Notes: generated by a model from the sequence alone, not told the origin. Positions 38,723 through 50,445 are shown, counted from the stretch's first letter. The stretch is DNA of 64,000 bases from Pseudolabrys sp. (GCA_035651255.1 DASRGB010000021.1:9229-73228); one strand, 5' to 3'. Translations and numbers: made by a program.

Positions 38723-40645
38723 ATGACCGAAGGCGTTAAGGAAACGGCCGCCGCTGCCGGCGGCGATCCCGCCGGCACCGGCAAAGTCGCTCATCCAAGT
38801 CTTCTGGCCTTGGCACTCGGCAGCGTCGGCGTCGTCTACGGCGACATCGGCACCAGCCCGCTTTACGCGTTTCGCGAGGCGGCGATTGCCGCCAGCAGCA
38901 ATCAACCGGTCACCCGCGCCACCGTGCTCGGCGTGCTGTCGCTGATCGTGTGGTCGCTGATCGTCACGGTCACCGCCAAATACGTCCTCATCCTGTTGCG
39001 CGCCGACAATAACGGGGAGGGCGGCACGCTGTCGCTGACGGCGCTCGCCAGCCGCGCGATCGGCCGCCGCACCGCCTATATTTTCATTATCGGCGTCATC
39101 GGCGCCTCGATGTTTCTCGGTGACAGCGTCATCACGCCGGCGATTTCCGTTTTGTCGGCGGTCGAGGGACTCAAGCTCGCCAATCCCGCCTTCAACGACT
39201 ACGTGGCGCCGATCGCGGTCGCCATCCTGATCGCGCTGTTTGCCGCCCAGCGCGGCGGCACCGCCAAGGTTGCCGCCATGTTCGGGCCGGTCATGGTGGT
39301 ATGGTTCATCTCCATCGCCATTGCCGGCGCCTTGCACATCCGGGACGATCCGTACGTTCTGGCCGCCATCAATCCGGTCTACGGCGTCGAATTCCTGCTC
39401 GAGCACGGCGGCATCGGCCTGATCACGCTCGGCGCGGTGTTTCTGGTGGTGACGGGCGGCGAAGCGCTTTACGCCGATCTCGGCCATTTCGGCCGCAAGC
39501 CGATCCAGACCGCGTGGCTGTGCCTGGTGCTGCCGGCGCTGCTGATCAATTATTTCGGGCAGGGCGCCAAGGTTCTTGCCGACCCGGCGGCAATCGAAAA
39601 TCCGTTCTACCGGCTGGTGCCGGAAACGTTCCTGCTGCCCATGATCGTGCTGGCCACCGCCGCCACCGTCATCGCCAGCCAAGCGGTGATAACGGGCGCC
39701 TATTCGCTGGTGCATCAGGCGATCCAGCTCGGCCTCCTGCCGCGGCTGGCGATCCTGCACACCTCGGCCTCGCATGTCGGGCAGATTTACATTCCGCGCG
39801 TCACGGCGGCGCTGCTGATCGGCGTATTGTTGCTGGTCGGCCTGTTCCGCACCTCGAGCGCGCTCGCTTCCGCCTATGGCATCGCGGTGGCGACGACGAT
39901 GGTGGTCGACGGATTGCTCGCCTTCATCGTCATATGGCGCCATTGGCAATGGCGCGCATGGCAGGCGGGATTGCTGATGCTGCCGTTTGTCGTCGTCGAC
40001 GTGACGTTTTTCTCCGCCAATCTCCTCAAGCTGTTCGAAGGCGCTTGGGCGCCGCTTCTGTTCGGCGCCACCATGGTGCTGCTGATCCTGACCTGGCGGC
40101 GCGGCACCGGCATCCTGCTCAACAAGACGCGCCGCTCCGAAGTGCCGCTCGACACCCTGTTCCGCAATCTCGAGAAAAAGCCGCCGCACTTCGTGCCGGG
40201 CACCGCGGTCTTTCTCACCAGCGATCCGGAATTTGCGCCGACCGCGCTGCTGCACAATCTCAAGCACAACAAGGTGCTGCACGAGAACAACGTGATCCTG
40301 ACCGTGGTCACCGCCGACACCCCGCGCGTCTCCGAGGAGGAGCGCGTCAAGATCACGCCGCTGTCGGAGCATTTTTCGCGCGTGTCGCTGAAGTTCGGCT
40401 ACATGGAGCAGCCCAACGTACCGAAGGCGCTGGCGATCGCGCGTAAGCACGGCTGGCAATTCGACATCATGTCGACGTCGTTTTTCCTGTCGCGGCGCGC
40501 GCTCAAGCCGTCGGCAAAGTCGGGCATGCCGGCCTGGCAGGATCACCTGTTTATCGGCCTGGCACGGTCGGCGAGCGACGCCACCGACTTCTTCCAGATT
40601 CCGACGGGGCGGGTCGTGGAAGTCGGCACCCAGGTGACGGTCTAG
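38723..40645 (+). CDS. kup: Potassium transporter Kup, copy 1
   Basis: [38 protein letters not shown]. Confidence 0.95.
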   Translation: MTEGVKETAAAAGGDPAGTGKVAHPSLLALALGSVGVVYGDIGTSPLYAFREAAIAASSNQPVTRATVLGVLSLIVWSLIVTVTAKYVLILLRADNNGEGGTLSLTALASRAIGRRTAYIFIIGVIGASMFLGDSVITPAISVLSAVEGLKLANPAFNDYVAPIAVAILIALFAAQRGGTAKVAAMFGPVMVVWFISIAIAGALHIRDDPYVLAAINPVYGVEFLLEHGGIGLITLGAVFLVVTGGEALYADLGHFGRKPIQTAWLCLVLPALLINYFGQGAKVLADPAAIENPFYRLVPETFLLPMIVLATAATVIASQAVITGAYSLVHQAIQLGLLPRLAILHTSASHVGQIYIPRVTAALLIGVLLLVGLFRTSSALASAYGIAVATTMVVDGLLAFIVIWRHWQWRAWQAGLLMLPFVVVDVTFFSANLLKLFEGAWAPLLFGATMVLLILTWRRGTGILLNKTRRSEVPLDTLFRNLEKKPPHFVPGTAVFLTSDPEFAPTALLHNLKHNKVLHENNVILTVVTADTPRVSEEERVKITPLSEHFSRVSLKFGYMEQPNVPKALAIARKHGWQFDIMSTSFFLSRRALKPSAKSGMPAWQDHLFIGLARSASDATDFFQIPTGRVVEVGTQVTV

Positions 40646-40810
40646 GTTCGCACCAGCCAACTTATTGAGACGACGGCGGAATCAGGGGCCTGCGCTGGAT
40701 GCATGGCTTAACAGGACGCGTTGCAGAAAACGCTCTGCTGGCACCTGACAGCCGGCGTTATATGCGCGGTCGCCTTTTGCATCGCACCAATTTTCAGGCA
40801 ATCTTCCAAT

Positions 40811-42721
40811 ATGGCCACAAGCGCCGTTGCTCAACCCGCCACTCACGGTGCCGGGCCTTCCGCCTCGACCAGTTTTTGGGCGCTGACGCTCGGCAGCATC
40901 GGCGTCGTCTACGGCGATATCGGCACCAGCCCGCTCTACGCGCTGCGTGAATCGGTTCTCGCCGCGGTCGGCCCCAATGCGCCGGCGAGCGAACCGGTGG
41001 TGCTCGGCATCCTGTCGCTGATCATCTGGACGCTGCTGCTGGTCGTCACCGCCAAATACGTGCTGATCCTCTTGCGCGCCGACAACAACGGCGAGGGCGG
41101 CACGCTAGCACTGATGGCGCTCGCCTCGCGCGCGCTGTCCCGACGCGGCGGCGTTGTCATCCTGCTCGGCATCATCAGCGGCGCCCTGTTCTACGGCGAT
41201 GCCCTGATCACGCCGGCGCTGTCGGTGTTGTCGGCCGTGGAAGGCCTCAAGGTCGCAACCCCGGCCTTTGACGATTTCATCGTGCCGATCACGGTGCTGA
41301 TCCTAATCGTGCTGTTTTCCGTGCAGTCGCGCGGCACCGCCAAGGTGGCGGCGTTTTTCGGGCCGGTGACGCTGCTGTGGTTTGCCGCCATCGCCGCCGG
41401 GGGACTCTGGCATATCGGGCAGAATCCGGCGGTGCTGTTCGCCTTCAACCCCTGGCACGGCGTCAATTTCCTCATCCATCACGGCATGATCGCGCTGTTC
41501 ACGTTGGGCGCCGTGTTCCTGGTGGTGACCGGCGCGGAAGCGCTTTATGCCGACCTCGGTCATTTCGGGCGGGGCCCGATCCGCTTTGCCTGGCTGACGG
41601 TGGTGCTGCCGGCGCTCCTGGTCAATTATCTGGGGCAGGGCGCGCTGGTGCTCGCCAATCCGAAATCGATCGAAAATCCGTTTTTCCTGCTCTACCCGCA
41701 ATGGGCGCTGCTGCCGATGGTGGTGCTGGCGACCGCCGCCACCGTGATCGCGAGCCAGGCCGTCATCACCGGCGCCTATTCGCTGACGCGCCAGGCGATC
41801 CAACTCGGCCTGCTGCCGCGGCTCGAGATCGTGCACACGTCGGAGGCGCTGTTCGGGCAGATCTACATGCCGCGCGTCAACACGCTGCTGCTGATCGGCG
41901 TGCTGCTCCTGGTGGCGCTGTTCCGCTCGTCGGGCGCGCTCGCCTCCGCCTACGGCATCGCCGTCACCGGCACCATGGTGGTCACCGCCATGATGGCCTT
42001 CATCGTCGTCTGGCGCGTCTGGCAATGGTCGATGTGGGCGGCGGCGGCGCTGATCGGGCCGTTCCTGTTCGTCGATCTGGTGTTCCTGTCGGCCAACATG
42101 CTCAAGGTGGTCGAGGGCGGCTGGGTGCCGCTCGCGCTCGGCGGCGTCGTCATGACGGTGATGTACACCTGGCGGCGCGGTACCCGCCTGCTGTTCGAGA
42201 AGACCCGTCGGCAGGAAATGCCGCTGAAGTCGCTGGTCGCCAATCTCGAGAAGAAATCGCCGCCGACGGTGCCCGGCACCGCGGTGTTCCTCACCAGCGA
42301 TCCGGAATTCGCGCCGACCGCGCTGCTGCACAGCCTCAAGCATTACAAGGTGCTGCACGAGAAGAACGTCATTCTCACCATCATCACCGCCGATATGCCG
42401 CGCGTGCCGGAAGAGGAGCGGGTCGAGATCACCCCGATTTCGTCGCGGTTCTCGCGCGTGGTTCTGCATTTCGGCTTCATGGAATCGCCGAACGTGCCGC
42501 GGGCCCTGGCGATCGCGCGCAAGCTTGGCTGGCAGTTCGACATCATGTCGACGTCGTTCTTTCTGTCGCGGCGCTCGCTCAAGCTCGCGGCCAAATCCGA
42601 CATGCCGCCCTGGCAGGATCGCCTGTTCATCGGGCTGTCGCGGCTGGCCAATGACGCGACCGACTACTTCCAGATCCCGACCGGGCGCGTGGTCGAGGTG
42701 GGAACCCAGGTCGCGTTGTGA
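40811..42721 (+). CDS. kup: Potassium transporter Kup, copy 2
   Basis: Same motifs as copy 1; diverged tandem paralogue. Confidence 0.95.
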   Translation: MATSAVAQPATHGAGPSASTSFWALTLGSIGVVYGDIGTSPLYALRESVLAAVGPNAPASEPVVLGILSLIIWTLLLVVTAKYVLILLRADNNGEGGTLALMALASRALSRRGGVVILLGIISGALFYGDALITPALSVLSAVEGLKVATPAFDDFIVPITVLILIVLFSVQSRGTAKVAAFFGPVTLLWFAAIAAGGLWHIGQNPAVLFAFNPWHGVNFLIHHGMIALFTLGAVFLVVTGAEALYADLGHFGRGPIRFAWLTVVLPALLVNYLGQGALVLANPKSIENPFFLLYPQWALLPMVVLATAATVIASQAVITGAYSLTRQAIQLGLLPRLEIVHTSEALFGQIYMPRVNTLLLIGVLLLVALFRSSGALASAYGIAVTGTMVVTAMMAFIVVWRVWQWSMWAAAALIGPFLFVDLVFLSANMLKVVEGGWVPLALGGVVMTVMYTWRRGTRLLFEKTRRQEMPLKSLVANLEKKSPPTVPGTAVFLTSDPEFAPTALLHSLKHYKVLHEKNVILTIITADMPRVPEEERVEITPISSRFSRVVLHFGFMESPNVPRALAIARKLGWQFDIMSTSFFLSRRSLKLAAKSDMPPWQDRLFIGLSRLANDATDYFQIPTGRVVEVGTQVAL

Positions 42722-42750
42722 GTTGCGCGAAATCAGGTTAAAAAACCGCC

Positions 42751-43089
42751 ATGGCCGATGACGTGGCGCGCGCCGACGAAGTGGAGAATCTGACCCCCGA
42801 GCAGGTGGCCGCCGGCTTGCGTGCCGGCGCCATGGTTCTGGTGGACGTGCGCGAGCCGAACGAGACGGCGGTCGAGCGCTACCCCGGCGCGGTGATCGTG
42901 CCGTTGTCGTCGTTCGACCCGGCCGCCATTCCCGACCCGCAGGGCAAGAAGGTGGTGTTTGCCTGCCGCTCCGGGCGCCGTTCGGTCACCGCTTCGCTGG
43001 CCGCCCAGGACCGCGGTTATCCCTACAAGTCGCATCTCGCCGGGGGTATTCTTGCCTGGAAGGCCGCCGGCCTGCCGACCGAGACCTGA
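42751..43089 (+). CDS. Single-domain rhodanese/sulfurtransferase
   Basis: LVDVREPNE, FACRSGRRS active-site loop, LAGGILAW. Confidence 0.9.
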   Translation: MADDVARADEVENLTPEQVAAGLRAGAMVLVDVREPNETAVERYPGAVIVPLSSFDPAAIPDPQGKKVVFACRSGRRSVTASLAAQDRGYPYKSHLAGGILAWKAAGLPTET

Positions 43090-43111
43090 CGCTCCAGCCC
43101 GAGGCTCCCTT

Positions 43112-44203
43112 ATGCGTCCTCTATCCGCCGCCGCCGCGGTGCTCGCTGCGGCCCTCAGCACCATGACCGCGGCGCAGGAGCGCGTGGTCAACGTCTACAA
43201 CTGGTCGGACTACATCGATCCGGGGGTGGTCGAGCAATTCACCAAGGAAACAGGGATCAAGGTCCGTTACGACACCTTCGACGCCAACGAGACGCTGGAA
43301 ACCAAGCTGCTCGCCGGCAAATCCGGCTACGACGTGGTGGTGCCGACCGGCTATTTCCTGCAACGGCAGATTCAAGCCGGCATCTTTCAGAAGCTCGACA
43401 AGAGCAAGTTGCCGAACCTCGTCAACGTCTGGCCCGACATCGCCCGCCGGCTCGCCGCCTACGATCCGGGCAACCAATACGCCGTCAACTACATGTGGGG
43501 CACGACCGGCATCGGCTACAACGTCAAGGCCATGCACGAGCACCTCGGCGCCACGGCCGTGATCGACAGCTGGGACGTGGTGTTCAAGCCGGAGCTGCTC
43601 GCCAAGTTCAAGGATTGCGGCGTCCACATGCTGGATTCGGCCGACGACATCCTGCCGGCGGCGCTGCACTACCTCGGGCTCGACCCCAACTCCACCAAGC
43701 CCGCCGATCTCGACCAGGCCGCGGCGCTAATGGCCAGGGTCAGGCCGCTGGTGCGCAAATTCCATTCCTCGGAATATCTCAATGCGCTGGCGAGCGGCGA
43801 AATCTGCCTCGTGGTCGGCTGGTCGGGCGACATCAAGCAGGCGCAGAAGCGCGCCGCCGAAGCCAAGAACGGCGTCGATATCGGCTATGCGATCCCCAAG
43901 GAAGGCGCGCAGATGTTCTTCGACAACCTCGCCATACCGAAGGATGCGCCGCATCCGGCCGAGGCGCTCACCTTCATCGATTACCTGCTCAAACCCGAAG
44001 TCGCCGCCCGGAACAGCAACATGGTGGCCTATGCCAACGGCAATCTGGCGAGCCAGAAATTCATCGACCGACACGTGCTCGACGATCCGGGCATCTATCC
44101 CAAGCCCGAAACCATGGCCAGGCTCTACACGGTGAATGCGCGGGCGCCGGAGGCGCAGCGGCTCATCAACCGCATCTGGACGCGGGTGAAGACCGGACGC
44201 TAG
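43112..44203 (+). CDS. potF: Polyamine ABC transporter substrate-binding protein (PotF-like)
   Basis: VYNWSDYI, SGYDVVVPT, YMWGTTGIGYN, KYHSSEY-like FHSSEY, IPKEG. Confidence 0.9.
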   Translation: MRPLSAAAAVLAAALSTMTAAQERVVNVYNWSDYIDPGVVEQFTKETGIKVRYDTFDANETLETKLLAGKSGYDVVVPTGYFLQRQIQAGIFQKLDKSKLPNLVNVWPDIARRLAAYDPGNQYAVNYMWGTTGIGYNVKAMHEHLGATAVIDSWDVVFKPELLAKFKDCGVHMLDSADDILPAALHYLGLDPNSTKPADLDQAAALMARVRPLVRKFHSSEYLNALASGEICLVVGWSGDIKQAQKRAAEAKNGVDIGYAIPKEGAQMFFDNLAIPKDAPHPAEALTFIDYLLKPEVAARNSNMVAYANGNLASQKFIDRHVLDDPGIYPKPETMARLYTVNARAPEAQRLINRIWTRVKTGR

Positions 44204-45102
44204 CGCCAGCGCCGGTGCAGCCAGAGCCACTGCTCGGGATATTCGCGCACCCAGCCCTCGATCACGCTGGTCACGATCTGCATGGTGCCGGCAATGTCGA
44301 TTTTGCCGTCGGCATCGCGCGCCGGCTTGATCTCCTCGGTCAGCTCCGGCCGCAATTGGTGACCGGGCAGCCGCACCACGCGCGTGCCGTAGATCGGGCA
44401 GTCGAAATGGCGCGCCAGGCGCGCCAGCAGCGGGTTGGCCATCGTCTTGCGGCCGAAGAACGTCACCTCGACGCCGCGCACGTAATATTGGTCGACCAGC
44501 ATGCCGACATGGGCGCCGCGCCGCAGCGCCTCGGAGATCTTCAGCGGCGCGTCGAGGCTGGTGTTGATCATCTCGCCCATGGTGGCGGCGCGGGTGTTCT
44601 GGAGCCAGCGGTCGATGGCGGCAATGTTGGGGCGGCGATAGAGCACCGCGCTGTCGAGCTTGTAGGTGGCCGCGCAGATCGCCGGCAGCTCCCAGTTGGC
44701 GAGATGGGCGGCAAACACCAGCGCCGGCTTGCCGTCATTCGCCATTGTCATCCAGCGCTCGATGTTGCCGCGCGTGATGACGATGCGGTTGATGCGGTCC
44801 GGTTCGGCCGGATCCCAGTCCCAGATGCGGTCGAGCTCGGCGAATTCCGCGCCGAGGCGGCCGAGATTGTCCCAGACCCCGCGCAGGATGCGGTCGAGTT
44901 CGGCCGGCGACTTCTCCGGAAAAGCGGCGGCGAGATTGGCCCGCCCCACCTTGTGCTCGGGCAGCCAGGGCCCGAGGTTGCGCAGCAGCCAGCCGCAGGC
45001 ATCGGCGAGCCGGTCGGGCGGAAACAGCCGCAGGAACTGCAGCAAGCCGACCGCGAGCGCGCCGAGAATCGCGTTGCCGGCGCTCTTGAGGGCGCGGCGC
45101 AT
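44200..45102 (-). CDS. lpxXL: Lipid A very-long-chain acyltransferase
   Basis: AHLANWE, LVDQ motifs of lipid A late acyltransferases; last gene of the acpXL cluster. Confidence 0.88.
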   Translation of the reverse strand: MRRALKSAGNAILGALAVGLLQFLRLFPPDRLADACGWLLRNLGPWLPEHKVGRANLAAAFPEKSPAELDRILRGVWDNLGRLGAEFAELDRIWDWDPAEPDRINRIVITRGNIERWMTMANDGKPALVFAAHLANWELPAICAATYKLDSAVLYRRPNIAAIDRWLQNTRAATMGEMINTSLDAPLKISEALRRGAHVGMLVDQYYVRGVEVTFFGRKTMANPLLARLARHFDCPIYGTRVVRLPGHQLRPELTEEIKPARDADGKIDIAGTMQIVTSVIEGWVREYPEQWLWLHRRWR

Positions 45103-45103
45103 G

Positions 45104-46126
45104 TCAGAAATTCACGATGACTTTGCCGAACACCTGCCGGCTCTCGAGCCGCGACAGCCCGCGCTCGAAATCGGCGAGCGGCACTTCCGTATCGATGATC
45201 GGCGCCATGCCGGCGGCCATCTTGGACAGGCTGTCGCGGATGTTGCGCATCGAGCAGCCGAACGAGCCGAAAATCTTGTACTGCTGCTGAAACAGCTGCA
45301 TCAAGTTGATGGTGACGGTCGGCCCCGCGGTCGAGCCGCAGGTCACCAGCCGCCCGCCGCGCTTGAGGCAGAGCAGCGAGCCGTTGAAGCCCTCGCCGCC
45401 GACGTGCTCGAACACGACGTCGACGCCTTTTTTGGCGGTGAGCTTGCGGGTGACACCCTCGAAGCGCTCGGTCTTGTAGTTGATGACGTGGTCGGCGCCG
45501 AGCGCCTTGGCCTTGGCCGCCTTGGCGTCGTCGCCGACGGTGGTGATGACGGTGCAGCCCAGCGCCTTGGCCATCTTGATTGCCACCGAGCCGATGCCGG
45601 AGCCGCCGGCATGGACCAGGATGGTTTCGCCGGGCCTGAGCTTGGCGTTGTCGAACAGCATGTGCTCGACGGTGCCGAAGGCGATCGGCGCGCAGGCGGC
45701 GTCGCGCAGCGACACGCCTTCGGGCACGGGGATCACCAGCCGCGCCGGCAGGTTGATGAGATCGCGGGCGAAACCGTCGATATGGAAGCCCATGATGCCG
45801 CCGACATTCTCGCACAGATTGTCGCGGCCCTCGCGGCAGGCGGCGCAGACGCCGCAGGTCATGGCGCCGTACATCACGACCTTGTCGCCGGCCTTGAAGC
45901 CGCCGGCGCCCGCGCCGGCGCGCGCGATCTCGCCGGAGGCCTCGACGCCGACGGTGAGCGGCAGGGTGCGCTTGGCGAAGGCCATGCCGCGGAAGCCCCA
46001 GACGTCGAGGTAATTGAGCGCGACAGCCCTGATGCGAATCTGCACCTCGCCGCTGCCAGGCGGCGGCGGATCGGCGACCTCCGCCAATTCGAGCTTGCGT
46101 TCGCCGATCAGCCGGAGGGCGCGCAT
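45104..46126 (-). CDS. adhA2XL: Zinc-binding dehydrogenase of VLCFA cluster
   Basis: CGVCAAC...C Zn motif, AGGSGIG; cluster position. Confidence 0.85.
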   Translation of the reverse strand: MRALRLIGERKLELAEVADPPPPGSGEVQIRIRAVALNYLDVWGFRGMAFAKRTLPLTVGVEASGEIARAGAGAGGFKAGDKVVMYGAMTCGVCAACREGRDNLCENVGGIMGFHIDGFARDLINLPARLVIPVPEGVSLRDAACAPIAFGTVEHMLFDNAKLRPGETILVHAGGSGIGSVAIKMAKALGCTVITTVGDDAKAAKAKALGADHVINYKTERFEGVTRKLTAKKGVDVVFEHVGGEGFNGSLLCLKRGGRLVTCGSTAGPTVTINLMQLFQQQYKIFGSFGCSMRNIRDSLSKMAAGMAPIIDTEVPLADFERGLSRLESRQVFGKVIVNF

Positions 46127-46145
46127 GGGGAAGGGAGCGGGCGGA

Positions 46146-47414
46146 CTAGGCCGGCTCGCGCGCCAACACCAGCGAAACGTTCTGCCCGCCGAAGCCGAAC
46201 GAATTGGAGATGGCGTGCGTCACCTTGGCGTCGCGCGCCTTGTTGGGCACGACGTCGAGCTGGATCGCCGGGTCCGGCACCAGATAATTGATGGTCGGCG
46301 GGATGCGCTGATGCTCCAGCGTGAGCAGCGAAAACACCGCTTCCACCGCGCCCGCCGCCGACAGCGTATGGCCGATCATCGACTTGTTGGAGGAAATCGG
46401 GATGCGCTTCATGCGCTCGCCGAACACCGCCGACAGTCCGAGATGCTCCATCTTGTCGTTTTCCGGCGTTCCGGTGCCGTGGGCGTTGACGTAGTCGATC
46501 TGATCGGGCTCAAGGCCAGCATCCTCGATCGCATTATGGATGCAGCCGATGATCGGCTTGCCGTCGGGACTCGACCGGGTGCGGTGGAAGGCGTCGGCCA
46601 TCTCGCCGCAGCCTTCCAGCACGCCGAAAATCTTGGCGCCGCGGGCCTTGGCCGCCGCATAGCTTTCCAGCACCAGGGCGCCGGCGCCTTCCGCCATAAC
46701 GAAGCCGTCGCGGTTCTTGGCGAAGGGGCGCGCCGCGCCTTGCGGGTTGTCGTTGCTGGTCGACAGCGCCGACAGCAGCGAGAAGCGGATCAGCGCTTCG
46801 GGGTTGATCGAGCCGTCGGCGCCGACGCACAGCGCGGCATCGGTCTCGCCGCGCCGGATCGCCTCGACGCCGAGCTGGATGGCGCTGGCGCCGGAGGCGC
46901 AGGCGGTCGACAGCGAAATCGGCGAGCCCTTGGTGCCGTATTTCTCGGCGATGGTGTCGGCGACGGAGCCGAACAGGAAACGGGGATGATAGTCGGGAAA
47001 CTGCGAACTGACGCGCAGGATGTCGCCGTAGGTCACTTTGTCGTTGGCGCCGGACTTGGCGGCGAGCGCCGCACGCTGCGGCCATTCGATCTCGATCGGC
47101 GGCACCGCGAGGAAAAGCGGGCCGGGAAAATCGCCTTTGCCGCCGAGGCCGGACTGGGCGATGGCCTCGCCGACCGCCAGATCCGCGAATTTTTCCGACA
47201 GCGCCGCGGACGACGACTGCTCGCCGAGAAAATCGATGGTGCCGGCGATGCGGGTCTTCAGCCCCTCGGTCGGGAAGCGCTTGATGGCGCGGATGCCGGA
47301 TTCGCCCGCCGTCAGCTTGGCCCAGTTATCGGTCTTGCCGGCGCCGAGCGAGGTGACGACGCCAAGCCCCGTCACCACGACGATCGGGCGGCCTTTGTTG
47401 TCCTGCATTGCCAT
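46146..47414 (-). CDS. fabF1XL: Beta-ketoacyl-ACP synthase II (VLCFA)
   Basis: TACASG, NAHGTGT, GHTL, NSFGFGG. Confidence 0.9.
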   Translation of the reverse strand: MAMQDNKGRPIVVVTGLGVVTSLGAGKTDNWAKLTAGESGIRAIKRFPTEGLKTRIAGTIDFLGEQSSSAALSEKFADLAVGEAIAQSGLGGKGDFPGPLFLAVPPIEIEWPQRAALAAKSGANDKVTYGDILRVSSQFPDYHPRFLFGSVADTIAEKYGTKGSPISLSTACASGASAIQLGVEAIRRGETDAALCVGADGSINPEALIRFSLLSALSTSNDNPQGAARPFAKNRDGFVMAEGAGALVLESYAAAKARGAKIFGVLEGCGEMADAFHRTRSSPDGKPIIGCIHNAIEDAGLEPDQIDYVNAHGTGTPENDKMEHLGLSAVFGERMKRIPISSNKSMIGHTLSAAGAVEAVFSLLTLEHQRIPPTINYLVPDPAIQLDVVPNKARDAKVTHAISNSFGFGGQNVSLVLAREPA

Positions 47415-47425
47415 CGCTTGCTCCG

Positions 47426-48616
47426 TTAGCCGGCCTTTTCGATCACGGCGAGGCCTTCGCCCCGCCAATGCCCGACGCCGGTCACCACCACCTGCTGCAG
47501 CGCCGCGCTCATCGGCCGCTCGAGGCCGGTCGAGTCACAGGGCGGAAACAGACTACCATGGCCGAGCGCAACCGTTGCCAGCGCTATGTTCATGGGAAAT
47601 TGTGGCTCCAGCCCATGCCCGAGATATGATCCGGTGGCGCGCACGGCAAGGTCGCTATGGGCCTCTAAAAACGCGCGTTCCTCGGCGGTGGCGGGCTCGG
47701 CGCCGGTCGCCCCGGACAGCACCGCGGCCTGCCCGGCCTTGACCTTGTCCTTGACCTTGTCCCAGAGCCGCGCCAGGCCGGCGGTGACGCTGCCCTGCTG
47801 ACGCTTGGTGCGGTCGGACAAGACCGTCAGAAGCCTGCCCAGCGGCTTGGCGCCGCGTCCCTCGGCGTGCGCGCGCGACTCCAGCACCAGGAAGGCCCCG
47901 AGCGAACCGAGGGCAAATCCGCCCGGCTTGCGCTCCCACACCGGGGCATAGCGCTCCTTCAGATTGAGGCCGCCGAATTCGTAGAGCATGAAAAGGTCGG
48001 GCCGCTCGCCGTTGTGCGCGCCGCCGACCAAGGCAATGTCGCTTTGTCCGGACTGGATGCGCGACAGCGCGACGCGCACGGCGTCGACGCCGGCGGCTTC
48101 CTCGCCCATGAAGGTGCGCGAGGAGCCGGTGACGCCGTGGACGATCGAAATGTTGCCGGCCAGCAGATTTGACAGCTGGGCGAGAAACAAGGTCGGCCGC
48201 AGCCCGCTCATCAATTGCTCGTTGAGAAAGGCCGCCGGATTGGCCGCCCGCGGCAGCCCCGACAGGATCGTGGAGTCGACATTGTAATCGCGCTCGCCGC
48301 CGCCGGCGGCGACGATCATGTCCATGTGCGAGAGGATGTCGGTCTTGCCTTTGACGCCGGCGCTGTCGAGCGCAAGGCCGGCCGCATAGGTGCCGATGCG
48401 CTGCCACGGCTCCATCTGGCGTTGATCGCCGCGCTTGGGAATCTGCGCGTCGAAATTGATGGCGGCGAGCGGATGCACGATGAAGGGCGCGAACGTGGTG
48501 GTGTCCGCGGCCGGATGCGCCTGCATCAGCTTCTGCCAATGGGCGTCAGGCCCCTCACCGAGGCAGGAGACGATGCCGATGCCGGTAATCCATGCCTCGC
48601 GCGCGCCGTCAGCCAT
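47426..48616 (-). CDS. fabF2XL: Degenerate ketosynthase, chain-length-factor-like (VLCFA)
   Basis: KS fold lacking the catalytic Cys (MGEEAAG); QIPKRGDQRQME; cluster position. Confidence 0.88.
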   Translation of the reverse strand: MADGAREAWITGIGIVSCLGEGPDAHWQKLMQAHPAADTTTFAPFIVHPLAAINFDAQIPKRGDQRQMEPWQRIGTYAAGLALDSAGVKGKTDILSHMDMIVAAGGGERDYNVDSTILSGLPRAANPAAFLNEQLMSGLRPTLFLAQLSNLLAGNISIVHGVTGSSRTFMGEEAAGVDAVRVALSRIQSGQSDIALVGGAHNGERPDLFMLYEFGGLNLKERYAPVWERKPGGFALGSLGAFLVLESRAHAEGRGAKPLGRLLTVLSDRTKRQQGSVTAGLARLWDKVKDKVKAGQAAVLSGATGAEPATAEERAFLEAHSDLAVRATGSYLGHGLEPQFPMNIALATVALGHGSLFPPCDSTGLERPMSAALQQVVVTGVGHWRGEGLAVIEKAG

Positions 48617-49082
48617 CGGCGAGCGCCCCCATCGGGAAGTCGATCCGCGCCGCGGTAGCGCGCATGCGCTTTGCCATCTCGGCGTTGGGGAAGGGGGTCA
48701 CGCTGAACGTTAACGTGGCGTCGCAGACCGTCTTGCCGTTGGCTTTGATGCCTGCCTTGGTCATGGCATAGCCCGAGCCGTCGTGTTGCAGATGCGCGGT
48801 GACCGACAGCACCTGTCCGGGCGTGACAAACGAGCGCAGCTTGGCGTCCTTCACCGCGGCGAGGAACGGCATGCGCTCGAAACGGTTGATGGCGACCACC
48901 AGCCAGCCGGAGGTCTGCGCCATGGTTTCGATCAGCAGCACGCCGGGCATCAGCGGATAGCCCGGGAAATGCCCTTCGAAGATGGTGCTCTCCGCCGGAA
49001 CGGAGGCTTCGGTTCGGATCGTCCGGCCTGGAAGATCGAGCTCGACGATCCGATCGATCAGCTGGAAATACTCGATGCGCAT
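48609..49082 (-). CDS. fabZXL: 3-hydroxyacyl-ACP dehydratase (VLCFA)
   Basis: FEGHFPGYPLMPGVLLIETMAQ. Confidence 0.92.
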   Translation of the reverse strand: MRIEYFQLIDRIVELDLPGRTIRTEASVPAESTIFEGHFPGYPLMPGVLLIETMAQTSGWLVVAINRFERMPFLAAVKDAKLRSFVTPGQVLSVTAHLQHDGSGYAMTKAGIKANGKTVCDATLTFSVTPFPNAEMAKRMRATAARIDFPMGALADG

Positions 49083-49097
49083 GGACGCCGCGCGGGG

Positions 49098-49379
49098 TTA
49101 GGCTCCCTTGGCAGCGACGAGCTCGTCGATGCGGGCGCTGAGGTTCTTGAGTACGAAGTATTGGTCGGTGGTCGCTTTGCCGTCATTGACTTCCTGCGTC
49201 CACTGCTCGAGCGGCAGCTTGATGCCGAAGGCCTTGTCGATGGCGAAGGCGATATCGAGGAAGTCCAGACTATCAATGCCGAGATCGTTGATAGCGTGGC
49301 TTTCCGGCTTGATCGACTCGCGCGGAATGTCGCAGGTCTCGGCGATAATATTGGCGATGGTATCGAACGTCGAAGACAT
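49098..49379 (-). CDS. acpXL: Specialised acyl carrier protein AcpXL
   Basis: [34 protein letters not shown]. Confidence 0.95.
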   Translation of the reverse strand: MSSTFDTIANIIAETCDIPRESIKPESHAINDLGIDSLDFLDIAFAIDKAFGIKLPLEQWTQEVNDGKATTDQYFVLKNLSARIDELVAAKGA

Positions 49380-49552
49380 CGGTAACTCTCTGATTGCGTA
49401 GGAGATTTGGCAATCGTAGGTCCGCGCGAGGAACTCGTCTTGCCGAAGGAGGCCGCTGGCTGCCCGTATAGCGAAGCGGGGGGTCAAGTTCAATGGCAGC
49501 CGGGAAATGAGGGGGAAAACGGCTAACGGGCCGCCGGCATGTGTATTGACCC

Positions 49553-49870
49553 TCAAAAACGGTCCTTGCTGACCTCAACCGGCGCGCAATTGCGCCGACC
49601 CGACAGCACGCAGTCCTGGTTCCGCCGCAGCTCGGCCAGAGTGTCGGCGAGCCACAGCCCGACGCCGATTAATACGATGACAAAGGCGAAGGCCGCCGCG
49701 TTAACGATCATGCGGTGGCGGTAGTCGTCGACGTCGTCGCCGCGCGCAAACTTGGCGAGATCGTCGTCCTGCGGCGGCGCCGCGATCGGCCGCTGCCGGT
49801 ATGCGGGGCCGCGGCGGAATTTGAGCACGCGGTGCTCGTCGTCGGGCGAAGAGGAGGTCTGTCCGGCCAT
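49553..49870 (-). CDS. Hypothetical single-TM protein
   Basis: Charged N-terminus, one TM helix, C-terminal [10 protein letters not shown] Cys pair. Confidence 0.7.
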   Translation of the reverse strand: MAGQTSSSPDDEHRVLKFRRGPAYRQRPIAAPPQDDDLAKFARGDDVDDYRHRMIVNAAAFAFVIVLIGVGLWLADTLAELRRNQDCVLSGRRNCAPVEVSKDRF

Positions 49871-49950
49871 GTCCGATCCTAGCACGGCCGCAAGCCTTGT
49901 TCGACCGCCCGCCTCCGTGCCAAGAGTGCAGCGTCAGTCCGGAGTATCGC

Positions 49951-50445
49951 ATGACCCGTAGCACCATTGTGGCCGCAGCTTTGCTGGCGGTTTGGTCCGT
50001 CCTGGCGCAAGCCGCCGATGTCACCGCGGGCGCGCTGAAAATCTCGGCGCCCTGGGCGCGCGCCACACCCAAAGGCGCAAGCGTCGGCGGCGGCTACCTG
50101 ACGATTACAAATACCGGCGCGGCCGCCGACCGTCTGATCGGCGGCTCAAGCGCCGTCGCCGGCCGTTTCGAGCTTCATGAGATGAAGATGGACAACGGCA
50201 TCATGAAGATGCGTCCGGCCGCCGGCGGCATCGAGATCAAGCCGGGCCAGACCGTGCGGCTCGAGCCGTCGGGCTATCACGTGATGCTGGTCGGGCTTAA
50301 AGATCAGCTCAAGCAGGGCGACCACTTCAAGGCCACGCTCGAGTTCGAGAAGGCCGGCAAGGTCGACGTCGATTTCACCGTCGAGGGCATCGGCGCCATG
50401 CACGGCGACAGCGCGCCCGCGATGGGCGGCATGCACATGAAATGA
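49951..50445 (+). CDS. Periplasmic copper chaperone PCu(A)C
   Basis: PWARAT, ELHEM..M...M, GYHVML metal-binding motif; Met/His-rich tail. Confidence 0.92.
   Translation: MTRSTIVAAALLAVWSVLAQAADVTAGALKISAPWARATPKGASVGGGYLTITNTGAAADRLIGGSSAVAGRFELHEMKMDNGIMKMRPAAGGIEIKPGQTVRLEPSGYHVMLVGLKDQLKQGDHFKATLEFEKAGKVDVDFTVEGIGAMHGDSAPAMGGMHMK

Noticed and set aside
44200-49379. ACP-dehydratase-KS-KS-dehydrogenase-acyltransferase cluster as a novel type II PKS
   Set aside because: Gene order and the AcpXL sequence match the well-described rhizobial lipid A very-long-chain fatty acid cluster.
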